DNA of 64,000 bases, from NCBI RefSeq assembly GCF_963921235.1, contig NC_086108.1:57414001-57478000 (forward strand), read 5' to 3'. The stretch's first letter is position 1, and the number at the start of each line of letters is the position of its first letter. The notes under the pieces were generated by a model. The model was not told the origin of the DNA, searched no databases, and saw nothing but the letters and a program-made list of their open reading frames with translations. The stretch comes from Mobula hypostoma. Taxonomy: Eukaryota. Below are positions 1 through 13,600 of this stretch, piece by piece. Position numbers and translations under genes: made by a program.

Positions 1-27
1 AATTACAATAAGGTGAGGTGGTAATTG

Positions 28-445
28 AAAGAAAGAAAGAAAACATACTTGCTTATTTTACTACACCTTTTATCACCTTGGGAAACTTCAAAGCACTTTA
101 TAGATAATTTACTACTTGTAAGGTATTGTGGCTACATGAATGTAGGAAATATGACACTTTCCACACAGCAAATGTTCATTAACAGCAATCGGATAATTAT
201 CAGGTAATCTACTTCAGCGTATTGATTGAGGGATAAATGCTGACCAAGAAACCGGGGAAAATTTCTGTACTTCCCTTTAAAATTCTCTTCTTTTTGTATT
301 CACTTGAGTAGGCAGTCAAGGTTGTCACTGTAATATTAACTCAAACATTGGAATACATTTGTGACACTAGAGGGCAGCCTAGATTTTTGTTTTCTGTATT
401 CTGAAGCGGGTCATGAACTGTCTGCTGATTTCAAAAGCTAAGGTC
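28..445 (-). mobile_element. Decayed Deu-domain SINE (SacSINE1/AmnSINE1-like)
   Basis: Recognisable reverse-strand Deu-domain motifs (cacagcaa...aacagcaat...gattgagggataaat...ccgggga; cagcctagattt). A + strand 3' fragment also occurs at about 5470-5630. Confidence 0.6.
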
Positions 446-739
446 AGCTTTAACAGTCTTCCTTGATTGATGAAGAGGAACAGAATGGGGAAAAAGGGTA
501 AAATAATAATAATAATAACTTATTTACAGTGCACTTTTCATACAGATAATATAGTTCAATGGAATAATATACAAACAAGAAAATAGAAGAAAAAAGATGT
601 TGGCTAAAAGCAAAGTTAAATAAATAGCCTTTGCTGGCATTTAAAAGTACCAACTAAGTCTGCATCACTTTCAGTTTTATGTATTAAATTCATAGTTCAG
701 GAGTGTAGTTCAGAGAAACTCACCTTCCAATTATCTTTT

Positions 740-1135
740 GAGGGAGATAGTTTAAATTTAAGAGACTGGCAGAAGACCTAGAACTTGAGCAGGATTGTAA
801 AATGAAAATGATTCTGTGATGTACTCTGGTCCCAGACCATTGAGAGCTTTAAAAACAAGTAAGAGAACTTTAAAATCAATTCTAAAAGTTACAGGAAGCC
901 ATTGTAGAGTAGGTAGGACAAGAGTGATATACTTCCTCATCCTGGTTTTAGTTAGAAGTTAACAGCGGCATTCTGACTGAGTTGAAGATCCTCAATAAAT
1001 TGTTTTCGAAGGCCTGTAAAAAGTGTATTGCATTAATCCAGTCTATTTGATATAAAGCTATAAATTAGTTTTTCAGCATCATTACATGACAGAAATGGAC
1101 AAACCTTTGCAATATTTCATACGTGTAGAAATGTA
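740..1135 (-). mobile_element. L2-clade LINE ORF2 C-terminal fragment
   Basis: ITLVLPTLQWLPVTFRIDFKVLLLVFKALNGLGPEYI is the typical L2 post-RT motif. Confidence 0.8.
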
Positions 1136-1454
1136 GTGGAGATAATATATTTGTATTTTAGTGAAACCATCATTGGGGCACTACTACATATTGTAAATTC
1201 ATGTGTCTGAAGATGTGGGGTTGACAGCATTGTCACACACTAAATCTCTGATATATTTGCTTGAGAATGGCTGACAACTGGCAGTTTTCTTCTAAACCAC
1301 CAGGCATAGACAGCATGATTCTGCTCATTATTATTTTACAATTCATTCTTTTTCCCATCCTATTATTATTCTGTTGCTTATGTTTTGAATTTAATTAGCC
1401 CTCCTCAGTCCATCATTTAAATTATACAACTGGTGATTTTTCTGTTTTTTTCAG

Positions 1455-1647
1455 GTTTAGTGGTTGCATTGATCATTTTGCAGCTACGGAGGAAGAAGCA
1501 TACAAATGTACCAGGAATATCATAGCCGGTTTAAATTTTGAACTTCCAACAAACATGCCAACTGATTTTGAAGAGCCGCTGTATGCAGCTGAAGAACTAA
1601 ATGGTCTTGCTCCAAAAGATTATGCACATACCTTAAACATTGAATTG
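1455..1647 (+). CDS. MCCC2L: MCCC2-like coding exon ([31 protein letters not shown]...[26 protein letters not shown])
   Basis: ttttttcag acceptor, gtgagt donor, 193 nt, phase 2 to 0; aligns with MCCC2 SGVSDH...EEPLFPADEL. Confidence 0.9.
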
Positions 1648-4600
1648 GTGAGTTTGTATATGCCTGAGCAGTTGGAGGTTACAAGTACTTAAGCATCCAA
1701 TGAAATAAACAGCAAAGGGAGCCTGGTTCAATTTTAGTTTGAAGTTAGTTGAACTAGGCTGAGCTAGCAATTTGAAAATCATTGCCCTGGACAGAGATTT
1801 GTTTTATTTAGTAGGAGTACCTGCTCCTGACAGGTATTTGGTAACACTTTTCTGGTATTTGCCAATATAGAAGGTGAAAATAGAATTACATAGTCAAGAT
1901 TTGAATTAATTTGGAGAGTCAAGGACTGATTATAGATACTTTGCTTAACTCAGTGTAGGGGAAACCATATCTCACAAACTTAATTGAGTTTTGGAAGATG
2001 TGACCAAGATGCTCAATGAAGGAGTGTGGTAGATGTTGTCTACATGAATTTTAGAATGACCTTGATAGGATACCAACTGGTAGGTTGGTCCAGAAGGTTA
2101 GATCACAGTGGATCTAGCCAACTGGATACAAAAATGTCTTACCAGCTCTTAAACGGTCACCTCCCATAACCTACTGATTTAGCATGTAGATCATGATCCA
2201 GCTTCTGAAGTTCAATGGGTAACTGCGCTGCTTTTTGAGGTATGGAGCAGGAACTTAAAGTACATCATTAGATGTCCTGGAGTTGAACTCAGATACATAG
2301 GTGAGGATTGAAAGCCCAAAAGGTTTCCATTCCTGAATGGTTTTTGATTTCACAAAATTTGTGAGATGTCAGGTAATGAGCTCAGAGTGGAAACACCAGA
2401 AATTTCCTGAATGGTCTGATATTTCTGTGATGTGGAATTAGTGAACTCATGTCTTTTCCATGAGCATTCAGTGCTCTTGCAGTAGCACCAATCTGCTCTG
2501 AAAAATATTCTCTATTTTTTTCTTTTAATTGTTGCTGTGAGTGTATTAGAAAACAACCTTTAAGTTTGCTTTAATTTCACCATGAAATGGGTAAGAAAAG
2601 ACAAACACATACAAAGGGAAGACATGAGTTTAAGTAGAGCATTCTACACTCTATAAAATTAGTCAATGTACAATAGAAATTTTAACCACAAATGCAGTAA
2701 CCCATTTAAATTTACTGTATGTTGTCGGCGTGATGGCTAAGAGACAAGCTGATTTCATGCTTTTAATATTCCTTTGCTTACAACCAGCAAGCAGGCAGGC
2801 AGGCAAGGAAGAATTGAAGCAAGGGCACAACAAACGGACTATATTTTAGTGTTTATTTATTTAGAGGTACAGCATGGAACAGGCCCTTTTGGCTCTTCGA
2901 GCTGCTCTGCCCAGCGACCCCTGATTTAACCCTAATCTAACCTTGGGACAATTTACGACGACTAATTAACCTGCTAACCGGTACATTTTTGGAATGTGCG
3001 AGAAAGCCAGGGCACTTGGAGAAAACACACGCATTCCATGGGGAGAACGTGCAGACTCCTTATAGAGGGTGCCGGGATTGAACTCCAGTGTCCCTAGCTG
3101 TAATACCATTGTGCTAACTGCAAGACTACCATGTTGCCCATGTTCTTTCTTTGGCATCTCTCTTCTGCTTACAGATAAAGTGTTTTCAAGCCCCTGTAAT
3201 AAGTAAGAGTTGAAGAACGGGACTTTAAGCAGCCACTGAGCCCAGTCTCACAGAAAATAGACTTTAGTTTGCTTTTAATTCACGATACAGTCATAAATGA
3301 TGCTTGCGTCCTCATCTACAAGCACACAATATCCAACAGGGGTCAGTAGTTGCTCCTTTTTACAAAGAGAAGAAGATCATATTGTCTATCCTTCACTGGT
3401 AGACAGATTTACTACTTAGCAAGAAAGTCTTGTATTCGTTTTCCTGGGAGAATCAAGAACTAGGTCACTGTTTAAATATAAAGTACTGCCCACTTTATCG
3501 GATTGTCATTTTTTTTGGAACTCTTCTTCAAAGAGTACTAGATGTAGCGGGAGACATTTTTTCAAAGCAAAGGGGGTGAAAGGCCATTGTGAGTAGCGCA
3601 TAATAGTTGAGGTTATAATCAGATCAGCTGTGATCCTATTAATGGCTGCCCTGGATTGAGATGCTGAGTGGCCTACTCCTGTTCCTAATTCATATTTTTG
3701 CTTGTAATAAGGGTTCAAATACTTGTTCTTAATTTTTTTCTTGGTAGTTATGAAGTATAATTGATGCAGGTACAAAATCACAAATATGGGGAGATTTTTT
3801 CGTGAGAATATGAATATGTTACATCTTTAGATATTAAAGGACTGGGCAGGAAAGCAAATAAAATAGAAATCAAGAGATAGACGAGAGGTAGCAAGATCGG
3901 TTTGGGAAGATAGTTACTGATTTAAAAGTTGGAGAACCTAGTGGGAAAGAAGCATTTATGATGCTATTAAGAATCTCAACTCCATGCCGCAAAAACGCAC
4001 GGAGCCAGGCCAGAAGTGATCTTTTATTTTTATTTGTACATGAGATCTGACCAGTCCCAGCAAGCTCAGCATTTTATTGCTCATTCTGAGATTTCCATGA
4101 AAAGAAGATGCTAAATTCCCAACATAAATCACAGGGGTGCGTGTGGCGAAGGTATTTCTGTGGGGTAGTATAGATAGAGAATGCCAGGATTTTCATCATG
4201 GAATGGATATGTATTAAAGTAACAATATGTGTGATATAAGAAGTAATGTGAACATAGTGGCATTCCTGCATCTATGCTATCTATATCCTAGTAGGTGTTT
4301 GAGTTAATTGATTTGAAAAATCCATCTAAGAAATCATCGCATTAGTCCATACTGAAGAAGATAAACATCACAGTCATGGTGGAGGAAGTGAGTGTTGATA
4401 ACACTGTGATTGGAATATCAAACATGTTGGTTACTTTGTGTAAGTAATTGAGGAAGGCAGTTTGCCATCATCATCTCAAGGATAATTAGGGAATGGCAGT
4501 AAATTGTGGCCTTGTCAGCACACCTTACATCCTAATAAAAGACATACGTTGAGTTTTTTGTTGGTTATTGAAGTTGAATCATAGAGGCAAGTGGAAAGTA

Positions 4601-7600
4601 TTCCATCAGTTTCCTGACTTGTGCCTTGTAAGTCATGGAAAGGCCTTGTTGAGTCAGGAGGTGTTCCTCCTAGCCTGTCAGTTTTTTTCTTACCTAACTT
4701 CTCTGGGGCTCAGTGTTGTTTTCCGTACAGTTAAGATCACCTACATTATTTATTTCCTGCATTTGCTTCATCAGTAATTCCCTGTTGAGTTACAGATTAT
4801 TTTTGTTAACTGTCTCTATAGACAGATGGAAAGTGATTGTGGATGATTCAAATCAGCTCCAGTCACATTAGAGCAGGGGTTCCCAAGCTGGGGTCCACAG
4901 ACCCCTTGGTTAATGGTAGGGCTCCATGGCATCAAAAAAAGAGTGGGATCCCCTGCTCTACAGGCATGAGCTGACAATGTTTCAGTACATGCCTATTTAT
5001 TTCTAGAGTAATGTTAGTATCCCTTTTTATTGCATTGTCACATACCATATTCCAACTGTGATTGAAACTAACTTGTTTCCTCCTCTTTGCAGTTTAAAGG
5101 TGTATTAGAAAATTACTAGTTATTCAAAATTTGTTGTCATAATTTTAAATCAAATCTTGCAGAGTAATAAACAGTAGCTGGCCAACATGATTTGGAGCAT
5201 CCTTTAAGTACCTGCTTTGGCTGTGGAAGCCAAGTCGTTGGGTATATTTAAAGCAGATGTTGATAGGTTCTTGATTAGTAAAGGTACCAGAAGTTACAGG
5301 GAGAAAGCAGGTGAATGGGGTTGAGAGTGAAAATATTTCAGCCATGATCAAATGGTAGAGCAGACTCAATGGGGTGAATGGACTAATTCTGCTCCTGTAC
5401 TTCCTGAGACATTTTCTTACATTTTCATTTGAGTTTTGGCCAATATTGAACATCTAGATCACTAAACTTGGATCATCTGGTCATTACTCCATTACTTTTT
5501 CTGCAAACACCAAACACCACACTTTCAATATTACAACGGTGACAATGCTTCAAAAAATATTGAGTTGATCATAAATATTTTGGATTGTCCTAAGATCCTG
5601 GAAAGTTTTGTGTAAATGTGGGTCTTTCTGGAATCCCTGTACTCCAAACTGATCAGCAAGAGCAGTAGGTAGAATGTTTGTACAGTCACAAAAAACACTC
5701 AGCTTCAGATATGCATATCTCCATTAACTCTTGGTCTGATATCTACTATGTTCAGAATGAGTTAATCACTGCATTACCTCACTTGCTTGTTGACTGGTCT
5801 TTCAATCTTCGAAGGATGATGAGGGAGAAATTCTTTTTGTACCGCTCGTTCAGAAAATGTATTTTGCACTTCATTAGATTATTTAGCTCAATTGTTTTCC
5901 TTTCCAGTACTCTACTTCTCAAATTAATTAACCACATGAGGTTATTTCTAACAATACATGTGTTACTTTATCTAGGAGAATGTATGCAATAAATACTAAG
6001 AGACATTGGGTAATGAGCAAGAGCATAACCCAACAATAACCAAGAGAGATCAGATAATCACAGCAAGGATTGAGTATATTTCGTCACTATAGTATAAAAA
6101 TAATAGGGCCACAAATGCTGGAATCTGGAACAAAAAAACCCCTAAAAGCTGGAAAAACTCACTGGATTGAGCAGAATCTGCATATGCAAAGCACTCAAGC
6201 AGAATGGCCATCCTGCCCATCAAAGTGAAAAGAAAATGGCATAATGTTGAACTTATGCTATTTTTCATTTGTCTTCTGCGTTTGAAGTAATGAATGAAAA
6301 AAGACATAGTTTTCGCTATTATATTAAATTAATTTATGTCCATTTCCTTGTAGCATCAATTTAGCCACATTTTGAGTAATGAAATACTGGATGTTAAAAG
6401 TTTTTAATATTCTACAGATACTAAGTCGTTTGACGGATGGAAGTAAATTCTTGGAGTTCAAAGCTTTGTATGGGACCACGCTGGTAACTGGCTTTGCTCA
6501 AATTAAAGGGTAAGGAATAATAGATTGCAGTTTTCTTCTTTTTTATTTAAAATAATACTGAATTTAACCAAGCATTATGTACTTTATGTAATACAGTGTT
6601 GGGAAGTGTATAGTCATGCACTTTGGGAGAAGAAATGAAAAGGTTGACTATTTACTAAATGGAGAAAATACAAAAAACTGAGGTGCAAAGGGACTTGAGA
6701 GTCCTTGTGCAGGATTCCCTAAAGGTTAATTTGTAGCTTGAGTATGTGGTGAGAAAGGTAAATGCGATCTTTGCATTCAAAAGGGCGAGAATATAAAAGT
6801 AAGGATGTGATGTTGAGACTTTATAAAGCACTGGTGAGGCCTCACTTGGATAATTGTGAGCAGGTTTAGGCCCCCTATCTTAGAAAGGATGTGCTGAAAC
6901 TGGAGAGGGCTCAAAGGAGGTTCATGAAAATGATTTCCAGGATTGAATGGCTTTTCATTTGAAGAGCATTTGATGGCTCCGGGCCTGTGTTCACTAGAAT
7001 TCAAAAGAATGAGGGGCGACCTCATTGAAACCTTTTGAATGGTGAGAAACCTTGAAACCTTAATAGAGTGGATGTGGAGAGTCTAAGACCAGAGGACACA
7101 GCCCTAGAGTAGAGAGGTGTCCTTTAGAATGGAGATGAAGAGGAATTTCTTTAGCCAGAGAGTGGTGTATCTGTGGAATTCATTGTCATAGGCAGCTGTG
7201 GAGGCCAAGTCTGTAGGTATATTTAAGGCAGTGGTTGACAAATTCTTGGTTGGTCAGGGCATGAAGGAATAGGGGGAGAAGGCAGGAGACTGGGGTGAGA
7301 GGAAAAATGGATCAACCATGACGGAATGGCGGAGCAGACTCGATGGGCCAAATGGCCTAATTCTGCTCCTATATCTTATCGTCTTATGACTTTTCTGTTA
7401 TATTATTTGCTGAATAATTTCATTTTACTTCTAAGGTATCTGATGTCGCTACATCTTCTTTTATTCCTTTACATTTGATGTTCTTGACTACTGGATTTCA
7501 CTTCCTATCTTATTGAAAAAAACAATAACTGTACTTAATGCTCCTCCCGTAACACAGTGCTGAGAACTACATCATCTAGCATATTTAAACAAGTGAAAAG

Positions 7601-10600
7601 AAGATTATTAATCAAAAGGTGCAGCAATCCTTTTATTTGTTCAGAAATGGGGACTGATTATTAACCTGGTTTGTCTGATAGAAATGGGGCATAGTGGAAA
7701 TAAATCATTGTGCGCCATTCTGGCTAAGTGGAAGCATTCCCTTCAGTGCTTTCACTATCTAAATCATTGTCCTATGAATTATGTAGTACCTCTAGGTGAT
7801 TTCGATGGACAATTCCACAGAATGTGAACGGTTAGTATACACAATTTCTGTAGCAACATGCACAAAATGCTGGAGAAACTCAGCAGGTCAGGCAGTGTCC
7901 ATGGAAATGAGCAAACAGTTTACGCTTTGGGTGAAGATCCTTCTTTAGGACCAATTTTATTTTGCTCAGTTGAAGCTAGAGGGGAGGTGGTATTAAGAAG
8001 AAAGTGACAATTCATGTCGTAAATGAATATTTAATTTTGTGATGATATTGGTGTTAGAAGGAACAAGAATGCCAAAAAAATAAAGGTACCTTGTTACCCA
8101 CTCCTCCTTGATCTGCTTTCTACACACCCAAAGCACTAAGCTACCATCTTTCAATCTTGTCCCCAGTGACATGTAATATTGTGCTGGTAAGTGTGCTGCT
8201 ATAGAATATCTGTTCAGGGTGTACAGTTTGATGTCTGTGTAGTAATGAGGCACAGCTCTCAAAATAAACTAGAACCTTTTACTGCCAGAAACAGATGTTT
8301 TTTTTCACACCTCTTGCAGATCTAACCAACAGCTTTCACAACTAATTTCTAATGGCTTTAGCTATTGTCTTCCTTCAGGTGTTAATGTTCTTGATATTTG
8401 GATTTTTGAAATGTTTTTGAGAAGATCTCCTATGGGAGACTGGTCGATTAAAAATAGTACAATGGTGCAGCTAGTAGAGCCATGGTCTCACAGTACAGCA
8501 AACTGGATTCCGTCCTGAAATTGAGTGCTATCTCTCTGGAGTTCACACACTGTAGAGTCATAGAGCAATACATCACAGATACAGACCCTTCAGCTAACTG
8601 CATTGTCTAGCCAGCCAGTCACAATTTGTTGCGTTTGGCCTACAGGCTTTAAGATCTATAGTGACATCCCCCTTAACAAAAAGACATCAACCCTCTCCTC
8701 ACTGACTTCTACCTCTGTCATGTCTGTATGGTCTGTATCCTGGAGCATTGAGTTGCCAATCCCTGCCTTCTCTCGGCCAAGTTTCTGTCATGGTTATGAC
8801 ATCCCAGTCCCCAGACCCAATCCTTTCTCTCAGTTCGACTGCCTCCTGTTAAGTATGTGCTTTGAAATAAATGCAGTTTAGCTGAGTATTAATTTCCCTC
8901 CCTACACTATCCCTCTGGCTATCTTAATTACTAAACTTACTCTTGTAGGCTACTGCTTTATCTCATGACTTTCTCCTTTTCAGAGTCCCAACCCTTGTCA
9001 ATCGAGTTTAAACTCTCATAGAAACATAGAAAACCTACAGCACAATACAGGCCCTTCAGCCCACAAAGCTGTGCCGAACATGTTCTTATCTGAGAAATTA
9101 CCTAGGGTTACCCATAGCCCTCTATTTTTCTAAGCTCCATGTACCTATCCAGGAGTCTCTTAAAAGACCCTATTGTATCCGCCTCCACCACCGCGCTGGC
9201 AGCCCATTCCACGCACTCACCACTCTCTGCGTTAAAAAAACTTAACCCTGACATCTCTGTACCTACTTCCAAGCACCTTGAAATTGTGCCCTCTCATTCT
9301 AGCCATTTCAGCCCTGGGAAAAAGCCTCTGACTATCCACACGATCAATGCCTCTCATCATCTTGTACACCTCTATCAGGTCACCTGTCATCCTCTGTCGC
9401 TCCAAGGAGAAAAGGCCAAGTTCACTCAACCTATTCTCATAAGGCATGCTCCCCAATCCAGGCAACATCCTTGTAAATCTCCTCTGCACCCTTTCTATGG
9501 TTTCCACATCCTTCCTGTAGTGAGGCGACCAGAACTGAGCACAGTTCTCCAAGTGGGGTCTGACTAGGGTCCTATATAGCTGCAACATTACCTCTCGGCT
9601 CTTAAACTCAATCCCACAATTGATGAAGGCCAATGCACTGTATGCCTTCTTAACCACACAGTCAACCTGCACAGCAGTTTTGAGTGTCCTATGGACTTGG
9701 ACTCTAAGATCCCTCTGATCCTCCACACTGCCAAGAGTCTTACCATTAATGCTATATTCTGACATCATATTTGACCTACCAAAATGAACCACCTTATACT
9801 TAACTGGGTTGAACTCCATTTGCCACTTCTCAGCCCAGTTTTGCATCCTATCAATATCCCGCTGTAACCTCTGACAGCCCTCCACACTATCCACAACACC
9901 TCCAACCTTTGTGTCATCAGCAAATTTACTAACCCATCTCTCCACTTCCTCATCTAGGTCATTTATAAAAATCGTGAAGATTAGGGGTCCTAGAACAGAT
10001 CCTTGAGGCACACCACTGGTCACCGACCTCCATTGACCCACCTACAACCAGTCTTTGCCTTCTGTGGGCAAGCCAGTTCTGGATCCACTAGGGAATGCCC
10101 CCTTGGATCCCATGCCTCCTTACTTTCTCAATAAGCCTTGCATGGGGTACCTTATCAAATGCCTTGCTGAAATCCATATACACTACATCTACTGCTCTAC
10201 CTTCATCAATGTGTTTAGTCACATCCTCAAAAAATTCAATCAGGATTGTAAGGCATGACCTGCCTTTGACAAAGCCATGCTGATTATTCCTAATCATCGG
10301 TATCTTCTCCATCAACTTACCAACCACTGAAGTAAGACTCACTGGTCTATAATTTCCTGGGCTATCCCTACTCCCTTTCTTGAATAAGGGAACAACATCC
10401 ACAACCTTCCAATCCTCCAGAACCTCTCCTGTCCCCATTGATGATGAAAAGATGATCGCCAGAGGCTCAGCAATCTCCTCCCTCGCCTCCCACAGTAGAC
10501 TGGGGTCATCTCATCTGGTCCCGGTGACTTATCCAACTTGATGCTTTCCAAAACTCCAGCAAATCCTCTTCCTTAATATCTACATGCTCAAGCTTTTCAG

Positions 10601-13600
10601 TCTCCTGTGACACATCAGTAAATTTACCTGCAAGGATATTGGTCCCTCTCCAGTTCAAGTGCAACCTATCCCTCTTGTAAGGTCACCTGTACTCCAGAAG
10701 AGATAATAATGGTCCAAGAACCTGAATTCCTGTCCCTGCCTCCACTCCTCAGCCATGCATTCATCTGGCCTCTTTCTGCTTCTGACCCTGTTTGCACGAG
10801 GCATCAGGGTAATCTGGAGATCACTACTCTCAACGTCCTGCTTTTTAACTGCTTGCCTAACTCCCTGTACATAGACTGCAGGACCTCATTTCTTGTTCTA
10901 CCTTTGTTGTTTGTACCAATATGTACAATGATCTCTGGTTGTTCGCCCTCCTGCTTGAGGATGTTCTGCACCAGTCAGAGATATCCTTGTACCTCACACC
11001 CAGGAGGCAACACACCATTCTGGCATCTCTTCTGTGGACACGGAATTTCCTGTCTGACTAGCTCACTATTGAGTCTCCTATCACTCTCCCCCAGTCTAAC
11101 TGCACCCTTTCCCTCTGAGCCTCAGATCTGTTCATAGTGCGAGGAACTTGACTACTACTACTGGCCCCAGAAAGAACATCCCCTCAACAATATTTAAAGA
11201 GGCATATACATGTTTCTGAGAGGAATAGACACAGGGGACCCCGCACTGTCTGCCTAATCCCCTTACTTTTCTTGGTGGGCAACCATCTATCTGAAGCCTG
11301 CACCTTAGATGTGACTACCTCAGTAAAAGTTTCGTCAGCTTGTCACTGTCCTGGTAACAGGGATTTGACCTGAAACATCAACAATTTCTTTCCTCCCACA
11401 GATGCATAATCTGCTAAATTCCTCCAGTACATTTTTGTTGTTCCAAAATCATATTTGTAAGGCTTTCAGCATCCAGATTGTCAGGAGCAGTAGCTGGATG
11501 CACTTACCACAGATGTCAGCATCAGGGAGACTAATGAGTGTCCTTGACTTCCCACATCTTGCAGAAGTAGCATTCCAGTGCTTTAACTGTCACCCTGCTT
11601 ACACTGAGTAAACTGGATGAACAGGAAAATAAAACCTTACCTGTCCTTACTTGTCAGAGCCTCAACTTCCCACCTTTACAACACACACACAATGCTGCCT
11701 GACCTGCTGAGTTCCTCCAGCATTTTGTGTTTGTTCCCTGGATTTCCAGCATCTGCAGATTTTCTCTTGTTTATGATTTGACTTTCCACCTTTATACTGG
11801 GCAATCTCACAATGGCCACTCCAAAAAGCGTGAGTTTCCTCTAGGTGCTTTGGGTTTTCTCCCAAAGGCATAAAGTTTGTTAGGTTAGCGGGCCATTGTA
11901 AATTGTGCTAGTGTGTCAGTCAGTGATACAGTCTGGTGGGAGTTGATGAGAAGTGGGGAGAGTAAAATGGGTGCTTATTGATGGGCACGATTCATGGGCT
12001 AAAGGTCTGTTTCTGTGCTGTACTGTGTAACTCTATGAGTCCAAGGTTAGAACACATAGGATTAGGAAGAAAATACTAATATGGATTGGTTATTCAAAGT
12101 TCAAAGTAAATTTATTATCAAGGTACATATACTGTATGTAACCAACTACAACCCCGAGATTAAATTTCTTGCGGGCTTTCACATAAATACAAAGAAACAA
12201 AAGAAAAACAAAATAATAATAAATAAATAAATAAATAATAAGTATTGAGAATATGAGATGAAGAGTCCTTGAAAGTGAGTCCGTAGGTTGTGGGAACAGT
12301 TTAGAGGTGGGGTGAGTGAAGTTATTCCCTCTGGTTCAAGAGCCTGATGTGTGGGTCCTGAGGCTCCTGTACCTCCTTCCTGATGGCAGCAGTGAGAAGA
12401 GAGCATAGCATAGATGGTAGGGGTCTATGATGATGCTTGCCTGCGACAGCGCTCCATGTAGATGTGCTTAATAGTAGGGAGCACTTCAGCCGTGATGGAC
12501 TGGGCTGTATCCATTAATTTTTGTAGGCTTTTCCGTTCAAGGGCATTGGTGTTTCCATACCAGGCTGTGAAGCAAACAGTCAATATGCTCTCCAGCAAAC
12601 ATCTGTAGAAATTTGTCAAAGTTTTAGATGACATTCTGGATCTTTGCAAACTTCTCAGAAAGTAGAAATTGGTTATTGGACAGAAAATAAAATGTAGGAT
12701 TAAGCTGAGATAAAAACAGAAAATGCTGGAAATACTCAGCAGGTCAGGCCGATTTTCATTTATTGTGAGAATCAATTGAGCCTTCTTTGGCAAGAAGGTT
12801 GATATTGGTGAGAGATCAGTGCTTGGTCCCAGCTCCTCACACCCTTCATTAACCATTTGGCTGAGGTGTTCAAGTGTAATATTTCTAAGCTTGTTGATGA
12901 TAGTAAATGAATTGGGGGAAAAGGAAGCTATGAAAAGGTGGGTATGGACAAGCTGAGAAAGTGGGTGAAAACATGACAGATGAAATTTAATGTGGCTCAA
13001 TGTGAGGTCATCAAAACAGTATTTTTAAACAGAAGATACTAAGTGATGTTGACATTCTTAAGAAATCTCGGTATGCTTGTACTGAGGGTGCAACAAGCAA
13101 TTAGAGTCATGGAGCCATACAGCATGGAAACAGGGCTTTCGGCCCAGTTGATCCATGCTGACCAAGACTCCTGTATAAGCTAGTCCCACTTGCTTGCATT
13201 TGGTCTGTATCCCTCTAAGCTGTTCCTATCTATGTCCAAGTACTTTTTAAATGTTGCCCCTCTCCCCTCTCATCTTAAACCTATGCCTTCTGGTTCTTGA
13301 TCCCCTAACCCTGGGAAAAGACTGTGTGTATTAAAATATGAAGGCAAAGTGTATGTTATTCTTTATTATGAAAAGATTTGAACATAGGTGTAAGGACATT
13401 TTACAGCAGTTGCATAGCCTTTGGTAAGATCACACTGTGGAGCACTGTGCAGAGTTTTGGTCTGCACATGCCATATAGGAAGTACAAACTAGACTTATCA
13501 GACTGATTCCAGAGGTGGCAGGTTTGCTGCATGCAGAACAATTGAGCAGACTGAGCCGTAGCAGAATGAGAAGTGATCCGATTTAAATTACAGGCTTGAC